Source of the DNA: Lama guanicoe
Taxonomy: Eukaryota
Direction of reading: 5' to 3'
Length of the DNA stretch: 64,000 bases
Assembly: GCA_013239625.1 (NCBI GenBank)
Contig: MU054187.1
Span: forward strand, 23,436,795 to 23,500,794
Below, piece after piece: positions 54,841 through 64,000 of this stretch. The notes below the pieces were generated by a model. It did not search any database, was not told the DNA's origin, and worked only from the letters and a program-made list of their open reading frames with translations. Position numbers and translations under genes: made by a program. Position 1 is the first letter of the stretch, and each line of letters opens with the position of its first letter.

Positions 54841-55825
54841 GTTAACAAAAGATGACCTTGGATACTATTGAAATAATTTTTGTGATTTGACTATGTCTCA
54901 TGTGATCCAGTTTATATAAAACATCGCTGCCAAATATTTTTTTTCAAGTGTGTATATTTTATTTCATCTTCCAAGTTAGACTTATGAAAGTAATCAGTAT
55001 TTCCTGGAAAATCTTATTAATTGGAAAGGTTTTTCTTCCTCTTTCCTGTTAACCTTTCAAACTTCACTTTTTAGAAAAATCTACAGTAACTTCATTTGGG
55101 GGCTCAGTGAACATATATATACATTCATAGCTGATTTCTAGGGGCATTTTTTTAAGGTTAACAGCAAGCAGTTATCATAATTAAACAAAATAGCCATTTG
55201 TATGATAAAAAAATCAGATTTTTTCTACTATTAATGACCAATAAAAATATAGATAAACTTTACTTTGCAACATTTCTATGCTATGATTCACTCTTGTTAA
55301 ACTATTTCTTCTCTTTTCTTTTTCAGGAGGAGAGAGACACCACCAGTAGTACCTCTGTTTTCCCCGGAAGATCATTATAGACGTTTTCTTCCTTACTCAG
55401 ATTCTGTCACTACTGTTTCTCACTGGTTAGAAATAGTGAAATTTATGAGTGTGAACACAAAACACATCAAGGGAATAGAGGCTAATTCTCTTTGATGTAA
55501 TAGCTTTGTGCATAGTGTTCTGGTTCAGTTCTTCCTTGTGTTGGGTGTGGCACCATTACCTTCAAAACCACTGAGAGGAGAGAACTGTATTTCAGCCTGT
55601 GGCCACAGAAAAACAACCGAGAAGGTGGAGGAGCAGCAACATGCCTAATGTGTTATACATACACTGTTTTTAAGATACTCTCTTAACCTGTGTATTCCAA
55701 ATGAAGATATAAAAATTCCATTTTGCTTCTCATTCATGCTCCAAAGATGTGGCTCCAGAATTAAAAAAAAAATGAATTTATATGGTCCGAGACACAGATA
55801 AATTATTTACAATCAATTCTCTAGA

Positions 55826-56006
55826 TCTGCTCTGTCCAAATAATAGCCATCAGCCCTATGAGGCTATTGATATTAAGTTAATTAAACATAACTTTAGAAA
55901 CCAGCTACTCAGTTGCACTGGCCACATTTCAAGTGGTTGCCATGCTGGGCCACTCATATGCATAGAGCATTTGCATCAACGTCAATTGCATTGCAAGTAC
56001 TGCTTT
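55826..56006. mobile_element. MER3/MER33-like hAT-Charlie remnant
   Basis: ctgctctgtccaaataatagcca... and cagttgcactggccacatttcaagtg motifs. Confidence 0.6.
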
Positions 56007-59000
56007 AGTCCTTGATGGCTGTTGTGATATTTCCCCCCATCCTGATTTGTTTCAAGACTGCCACATTGCTAATAAAATAAAGTCCTAAATGCAGTAGTGG
56101 CTCAAGACGATGGGAGGATGTTGACTGAGATAATCCTGCAGCGCTAGTGTATCTCGAGCCAAACTTCAGCAGGAACACGTAACTACTGATCAGAACGTGG
56201 AGCGTTTCCCCAATTACGCTGGTGATGTCAGTGGAAATGCTACTTGTGGTGGTACAGGCAGACGCACCAGGGCTATAACTTTCAGAATGTTGTTGTTGTT
56301 GTTGTTTAGAATCTTAGTAAAAACTTAACGTTATTTAGCTGTAGCCCTAACTGGAAAGTCCTTCCCTTGTATCTTTGCCTTGTTGGTTCCTTTTGCTCTT
56401 TCAACCTCCTCTAAAATGTCACTTCTTCAGAAAGACCCTTCTTGACCATGCAAATCACAGTAGCCCTCTTCCCACCTGTCTCAACCCCTCAACTTCTATC
56501 TATTATGATTTCATTTTAAGCGTTGCATGTATTCATGCCTTATACACTTAGGTGTATTCGTTTGATTTTTGACTCTTTCTTCCTCTACTCAAAATAAAGC
56601 TTGTTCTAAGAGAAGAATTTGGGGGACGTTCACTGCAATATCGCCAGCTCCTAGACGGCTGTCAGGCAAAGGCAGGCTCCTTATAAATATTTATCATATG
56701 AATAAATCAATAAATGCATTGGGTAAGAAATGGTGATTAGTTATTCATGGTGGAATTATTCCTGTTTGAAATATAAAAGCATTTCTTCAAAGAAAAATAT
56801 ATTTACTTTTTTTCTCCCAATTTGATCTTTGCCATTAATATTTTCCAAACTTTATGTTGGAAATGTAGTAACTACAAAGTTAATTGTACACATTATATAC
56901 TTTTGTGAAGGTTAAATAAGAAGTTAGCCTATAATAGATCGGTTGTATGTAGCTGTAACTCACTCAATAGATGGCGAAGTACCTTCTGGGGAGGCTGAGG
57001 ATGTATGTAAATCTATTGAAGCATGTCAAAGGTACGTTAAGTCTCAGGTCCTAAATATTCTAAAGAAATTCTGTATAAGAGGAAGTTTTGAAAATGGACA
57101 ATTTAGACTGCACATTGTCTAGAAAAAGGGGTACAAATAGGCAGATTTTGGTCTGGAGGACGTCAGTACTACACAAAGGAGTGTATGTCTTGAAAGCTTA
57201 ACACATAACCATGCACACTTTCAACCACGTGCTAGCAATAACAGTGACAGTATCAAGCTATCAAAAAGCGATGGCCCCAGGAACACCATTAAGATTGTCC
57301 AGCTGCTTCCCAAGCAGCTTTCTGATTAGAATATGGCTTACGATGCAGATTTTTTTTTTTTTTTGAGAACACATAATTCACACTCTCATTGTGATAATGG
57401 GTAAGTTGTCTTTTAGCTCATGCATCAGCTAGTCTTTCATGACTTTAGCTTGTTAACTGAGTCGCTTAGAGCTTGAGACACGGAGACAGCCTGCCCCATA
57501 AACCCAAGGACTAGACACGGAAACAGTGCACCTTTCACCACTGATGACAGCTGGCCTCCTTCCGGGACATTTTTAACATCTCAGAGTCAAGCAATTCTGA
57601 TTTACACAAACTTCAGTTTCCTCTGCATCCAGATTTTGGTTGCTCTTTGCATTTCTCACAAATGAAATTTAAAACAAAGAGTTTAAAAAGTTAAGATAAT
57701 CATAAAAATAATTGATGATATTTTAAATAATGTCCAAATGGCATTTTGAATAGCAGAGGAGACATCATTTTAGGCTTTACCCGAATAAGCAGATTACAAA
57801 TAATGAAGTGTTATAAATTCTTTCATGAGTGTCTCAGTTATAGCTGAACACAAAACACAAACTTAAATGGTGATTTTCTCTTTTATTCTCATGTATATAC
57901 TAGCAATTTCAACGATGCTATAAATGTTTCATGTTGGAAATACATAATTACGACCTTTAAGGAAACAGTCTCTACATGCTATATCAGAGTTTGCTCAAAA
58001 CCCACACTGAATTCTCACTTTAATATGAACTACCATAACATTCTTTTTCATATAAGGTGTGTCTGTCTTTGGCTTAGGTCAAGGTGGAGTGTATTACTGG
58101 AAATAACAGAAAGAACTCTTTATTTCACACGTAACATACCCATACACTGTGGGTTTGGGGGGCATCAGGATAGTATATTTTTAATGTAGCATAATTATGT
58201 TTATTTCTTTGCCACCAGCATGCTTTAGCTGTAAAATAACTATTCTATGGTGGTTTCTTTTATTTGATGTAACAAAATCCTTGCAAGTAACAGATACACA
58301 CTAGATACTCACTGATTTGATTGACAAATATAATTACTACCACAATCATTCATTAAGCTATTATTAATTTGTAGACTAATCTATTTAAAAAAATCCAAAA
58401 TGATTGATAGTAATTAGAAGGGTGAAAAAACACTATTAACTAATGATATTGTTAACTTCTCTTCTAATTAATATTATTTTTTAATGCCAAATAAGATGGG
58501 CTATGGCATTATTTTCAGAGTTGTTCATCGACAAAAACTGTAAAACATGAGGTTCACTGAAAGAAACAAAAGCACATTTTTCCCTCTTCCTATGTTCTAG
58601 CTGTTCTTTAGTTTATGTAGCACAGATCGAGGGTTTAAAAAAGTTACTTTACTTTTGTAATTTATAAAATATCTTACAAAATATACAGCTCCCAAGGAAA
58701 CAACACAGGTAGACACTGACCAGCAATACATCCCTGACGAGGTTATGTCTTTGTTTCCCTTAACCAACACTTGAAGAACATTATTTCAGACTGAAATGTC
58801 AGCAGTAGGAAAGTTTGTCCATTTTCTTTCCAGGTCTCATGAAAAACTGTTGGTGCCTTGTACTGCAGCGGCAGTAAGAGGTTTTATTTGGTGTGTTATG
58901 CAAAGCCTCTCTGTGAGCCAACATGAAAAAGGCCCTTAAAGCTTCAGAAACTGCTTGTCAAAAGGATTTCAGTTTTCCTCCTTCGGCCTTCCTAACCACT

Positions 59001-62000
59001 TTCAAAAGGCTTATTTCATTCGTGGTAGTTTCCATATTATGAATGCATATAGCGTGCAACTGTAATTCAGGGTGGGCCACATGGTTACAAAATTATAACA
59101 CAGAGTTGATTAGGTACAAAACTAAAAGGCAGAGCTCTGCAGATTTTGCAGTACATTAATATTTCACTACCGGCGATGGTTAGTGGTATGGTGGAAAAGA
59201 AAGCAACAGTTTGCTGAAAGGCATTGAAAGGAAAAAGCTCTATTAATTTTGCCTTGAAAATTGCCTTAAATTTTTTGTAAGCTTATTGTAATTATTACAA
59301 TTATAGACAGACTGAAATGTCCAGAGGATTTTTTGTTTTTAATTGCTTTCCGCCACTAGCAACATGAGACAGAATTGCATGCTAGGGAGTAATGACCAAG
59401 AGCCTTGGGTTCTGGCTTTGACTGCTGCCTCTGGCTTTGGTTTCCGGGGTGTCAGGGCGAGTCATTTACGTCTATGGCCTTAGTTCCCATCCATACCATG
59501 GGGAAAGATTACTTGGCACCTCTTTCAGTTTAAGCATCAAGTTGTAGTTAAAATGGGGGGCGATGACAAGTTTCCAATTCTGCTAAAATTTACAAGATAA
59601 TTCATGGGAACAGCTAACCTATTTACAAACATTTGAAAGATGAGCAAACAACAACAACTCTCTTGATGAATTAGCATTGTTTGTAAGGGGATTTTCTGCT
59701 GTCTTAAAGTACACTTCAGATTTGAGTAGATCTCTTAAACATGCTTCTATTGTTGATTACCTAATGAGTCTATGAAAAGTGTGTCCCTGACAGTATCGTC
59801 TTGAATAATATTGTCAAGTTAGTAGTTGAGCATTCAATAGAAGTCCTGAATCACTGATTATCAAGAATTCATTTAATAGTGATGAATTTTTTCACTTCCA
59901 AAAGCTGAGTGCTGTGCTAGGCACTGGAAACAGAGCTGTAAATAAGAGAGAGGTATAAAAAAGCCAACTGCAGCTTGTTAAACTTCAAGTGCACAACTTT
60001 TTACTATTTCCAGCTCACAGGAATTTGAAACAATAAATAATGCTGCTCTTGAAATATTGCTGACGTTAAAAAAGAAAAAGCCAAAATTTGTTTATTTACA
60101 TTGTTGGACAATATTTATTGTAACAGGCCTCTAATCTCTTATCCAAAATTTGAAAATTCAGCTTAAAAAAAAGTTGTCTCTGAGTTTGATACAAACTCAT
60201 TTAGCATTGAGTCTGATCTGAACTGACATGAGGACTTTTAGAGACATTTTACCATGGCTATTGGGATAATTTATAAGTTTTAATAAACAAATGTTAATGG
60301 GTTTGACTATAGATTGCTTCTTAGGAATGACGAAAGGACCTTAGGATCCTTTTGGGGTATTATGGAAGAAATGTACCATTCATGGAATTAGCAATAAAAA
60401 TAACTTTAAAAAAAAAGTCATACTTGGCTGCATTGTATTAAAATGAACTAAACACTCTGGGATCCTTATTTCCAATTCAAACGCCATTGGCAATTTGGAA
60501 CAAAATTGAGAATTTAATTTTCTGCTTTCTTCTTTCTTCAAAGGATCACTGCCATTTTTGAGTTTTGGTGTTTTAAAAATAAGCAAAACTAGTATGAAAA
60601 AACAAGCAATTTAAAAGACCAATTCTTGGTCTTTTGTCTCAGGCCTTAGATATATAATTTACTGTCAGATCACTGTTATACCCAGAGACAGCCCTGGTCC
60701 AAAAGATGATTAGAAGCCTTCCCAGCAGGCAACGTGGAGGCTGATAGGATCCCCCAAATTTGCAACCCTCATATGGAAGTCACAACATCTTCTAACAAGC
60801 ACCATCCAAAATGGAGCTTTGTGGGAGGATGGCCAATATGGCAGAACAGGAAGACCCGGAACTCACCTCTTCCCACAGGCATGGCCAAATTACAACTATT
60901 TACAGAGCAACCACTAATGAGAGCAACCTGAAGATTACCACAAGACTTTCCACACCTAAAGTGATAAAGAAGGAACCACAACAAGGTGGGTAGGAGGGGG
61001 AGAGATGTGGTATAGTCAAGAACCAGATACCCAGGTAGGTGACACACAAACAGATTAATCACAGTTGCAGAGGTCTCCCCAAGGAGCGAGGAATCCAAGC
61101 CCCACACCAGGCTCCCCTGTTCAGGGGTTTGGCAGAAGGAAGATGATCCCCTAGAATGCCTGCCTTTGAAGGCCAGTGAGGCTTTGGAAACAGAGACTGC
61201 TGGAAGCAGCCATTTTGGGGAGCTCCACCATGAGGATGCTAGTGTTAGCAAGTGCAATTTTGGAGTCCTTCCATAAGGCTATTAGACCCAGGGGCTTACC
61301 TCACCACCAGCTGGACAGCATCAGTTCTAAACCTTCCAGGGTGTGTAGCCAGCTGCACAAGGACCCAGGCCTACCTATCAGCCAGGTGGAACCAGCTCTA
61401 GGAAACCACACGTCCTACAGCCAGCTGCCCCAGAATCTGGCCTCCCCATCAGCAGTCCAGCAGCCTTTATGTGAAGCAAGGCTTGGCAGACAACTGGGAC
61501 ACGGGCCAATCTTTTATTTTACTTTATTTTATTTTTTTATTTTAAAACTTTATTTCTGCAAAGTCAATCAAGAAATGCTGGAGGGAAAAAGTGTAAAACT
61601 TCTTTTTGCATATTTGGGAACCCATGTGCTCACAGTAGTCATCCCTGCACAACACAGGGGCTCATGCAGCCCACACAGAAGCCACTCGCAGAGCATGTAG
61701 CTGTGGTGAACTGAAAGGTGTGTGGTGCTGGTCCCTACAGGACGTCTCCTACATATGGCCAATTCTTCAAAATGAAGAAACATAACCAAATTACTTAACA
61801 AATAGAAATAAACACAGAAATTCAGACAAAATGAGGCAACAGAGTAACATATTCCAAATGATGGAACTAAATGAAATTCAGATAAGCAATCAACAAAATA
61901 AAGACTTCAAGGTAATAATCATTAAGATGCTCAAGAAACTGGGGAGAAGAGTGAATGAACACAGATAAATTTAGCTGAGTTAGAAAATACAAAGAAGAAC

Positions 62001-62330
62001 AAAATAGAGCTGAAGAATATAATAACTGAAATAAAAAAATAGACTTGAAGGAAACGATAGTAGACAGATGATACAAAAGAATGAATCAGCAAGCTAGAAG
62101 ACAGAGTAGTGGAAGTCACTGCAGCTAAACAGAAAAAAATAAAAATGATTTTAAAAAGTGAAGCTAGGTTGAGAGACCTCTGAGACAACATCAAGCATAC
62201 TGACATTTGTATTAAACGGGTCCCAGGACAAGAGAGATAAAGGATCAGAGAAATTCACTGTAGAAATAATAGCTGAAAACATCCCTAATCTGGGAAAGGA
62301 AACAGACATCCAGGCCCAGGATAGAAAATC

Positions 62331-62331
<1 letters not shown>

Positions 62332-62375
<44 letters not shown>
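62332..62375. repeat. A44 homopolymer inside L1 ORF1 remnant
   Basis: Directly visible. Confidence 0.92.
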
Positions 62376-62377
<2 letters not shown>

Positions 62378-62428
62378 AAAACAGCAAAAAAAAAAAAGAT
62401 AAGTAAAGAATGATAGGAAAAGCAACTA

Positions 62429-62651
62429 GAGTTGAACCTTGAACAACATGGGATTGAACTGCAAGGGTCAAGACAAACATGGATTTTTTTTCAATAGTAA
62501 ATGCTACAGTACTACACAAACCCCAGACAGTAGAATTGGCCGATGCAGATGCATGGATATTGAAGAACTGTGGTTTCAGAAGAACTGTGGATGTGAACAG
62601 CCGACTATAAGGTACACACAGAGTTTTGACTGCACAAAAGGTTGGTAACCA
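62429..62651. mobile_element. Tigger2-derived MITE nested in L1 ORF1
   Basis: Begins gagttgaaccttgaacaacatgggattgaactgc, resembling the Tigger2 TIR cagttgacccttgaacaac. TA on both sides; the L1 ORF1 sequence rejoins across it. The right TIR appears lost. Confidence 0.75.
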
Positions 62652-64000
62652 TAGCTATGTACAAGAAAAGTACCATAAAACTACCAGAAACTGCAGCCAA
62701 AAGAAAGAGTGGTATCAAAGGTTCAAAATATTGAAAGGCAGAGGCCAACAAACAAGAGCACTCTACCAGGTAGGGCTGCAACTCAGATTGGAAGCGGAGA
62801 TCAAGGGTTTTACACACAGGCATAAATCACAGCAATGTATTTTTTTGAACCAGCTCCTGGAGTAATGGAAATAAAAGCAAAAGTAAACAAATGGGATCTA
62901 ATTAAACTTAAAAGCTTTTGCACCGCTAAGGATACCATCAGTAAAATGAAAAGACAACCTACAGAATGGAAGAAACTATTTGCAAATGAGGTGACTGAGA
63001 AGGGACTAATATCCAAAATATACAAACAGCTCGTACATCTTAATATCAAAATAAACAAGCAACCCAATTAAAAAATGTGCAGAAGACCTAAATAGACATC
63101 TCTCCAAGGAAGACAGACAGACGGCGAACAAGTACATGAAAATGTGCTCAACATCACTAATTGTTCGAGAAATGCCAATCAAAACTACCATGAGATATCA
63201 TCTCACACCAGTCAGAATGGCTATCATTAAAAAGTCTACAAATGATAAAAGCTGGAGAGGGTGTGGGAAAAAGAGAACCCTCCTTCACTGTTGGTGGGAA
63301 TGTAAATTAATGCGGCCACTATGGAGGACAGTATGGAGGTTCCTTAAAAAATTAAAAATAGACTTACCATATGATCCAGCAATCCCACTCTTGGGCATAT
63401 ATCCGGAGAAAAAATATAATTCAAAAGATACATGTACCCCAATGTTCATAGCATCACTATTTACAATAATAGCCAAGAAGTGGAAACAACCCAAATGGCC
63501 ATCAAAAGTTGAGTGGATAAAAAAGATGTGGTATTTATATACAATGGAATACTACTCAGCCATTAAAAAGAATGAAACCTTCTTCTTTGTGACATGGGTG
63601 GACCTCGAGGGTATTATAATAAGTGAAATATGTCTTACAAAGAAAGAAAATACCATATGATTTTGCTTATATATGGAATCTAAGAAACAAAACAAATGAA
63701 CATTACATAACAAAATAGAAACAGAGTCATAGATACAGAGAACAAACAGGTGGTTGCCAGAAGGAGGGGTGTGGGAGGGCAAATGAAGTAGGTAAGGAAG
63801 ATCAAGTGGTACAGACTTCCAGTTGCAAAGTAAATGAATCACGGGAATGAAATGTACAGCATGGGAATATAGTCAATAATTCTGCAATATCTTTGTATAG
63901 TGACAGCTTGTAACAAACTTATAGAAGGGATTGCATTGTACTGCACAGAAATATCAAATCACTATGTTATGCATCTGACAGAGTGTTGCACATCAATTAT

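Larger units (their letters stand above)
60823..64000 (+). mobile_element. Older L1: 5'UTR and ORF1 remnant joined to ORF2 C-terminus and 3'UTR
   Basis: L1 5'-end-like start (aatatggcagaacaggaagacccggaactcacctc) and ORF1 remnants at about 61820-62820. ORF2 C-terminal peptides follow ([32 protein letters not shown]...HCWWECKL...). The 3'UTR runs to the window edge. Confidence 0.88.

Noticed and set aside
60769..61700. 162-aa and 174-aa ORFs
   Set aside because: They lie in the GC-richer L1 5'UTR remnant; no domain similarity and no splice support.
63136..63660. 174-aa ORF with a Cys/His-rich motif
   Set aside because: L1 ORF2 C-terminal domain remnant, not a host gene.
43202..64000. Further MMP16 exons (hinge or catalytic domain)
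   Set aside because: No matching peptide in the ORF track; the upstream exons lie outside the window.

Overview
Mammalian genomic DNA. A camelid or related cetartiodactyl is my tentative guess, based on the L1 3'UTR tail type and on seeing no Alu, B1, BovB/Bov-tA, CHR, PRE-1 or SINEC elements. The window holds the 3' half of MMP16 (MT3-MMP) on the minus strand. Four coding exons, numbered 7-10 by analogy to human, lie at 43063-43201, 27221-27371, 18248-18363 and 11759-12093. All have GT-AG boundaries and consistent phases, and they encode the hemopexin blades, stalk, transmembrane helix and cytoplasmic tail. The inferred 3'UTR is about 9.4 kb, ending at an AATAAA at 2342-2347. Upstream exons lie beyond the right edge of the window. 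The introns contain L1, L2, MIR, hAT/Tigger MITE remnants and microsatellites. I found no convincing new biological system. The most interesting details are a 5'-inverted (twin-primed) L1 about 125 bp from the exon 7 acceptor, a perfect 26-bp fold-back palindrome at an L1 deletion junction, a young gene-sense L1 with a clean TSD, and a candidate intronic poly(A) site after exon 7 that would give a soluble protein. Also notable are a (UG)8 tract at the acceptor of the TM-encoding exon, a CpG-retaining intronic block, and a perfect 56-bp tandem duplication. Repeat family names and boundaries are from recall and are approximate.
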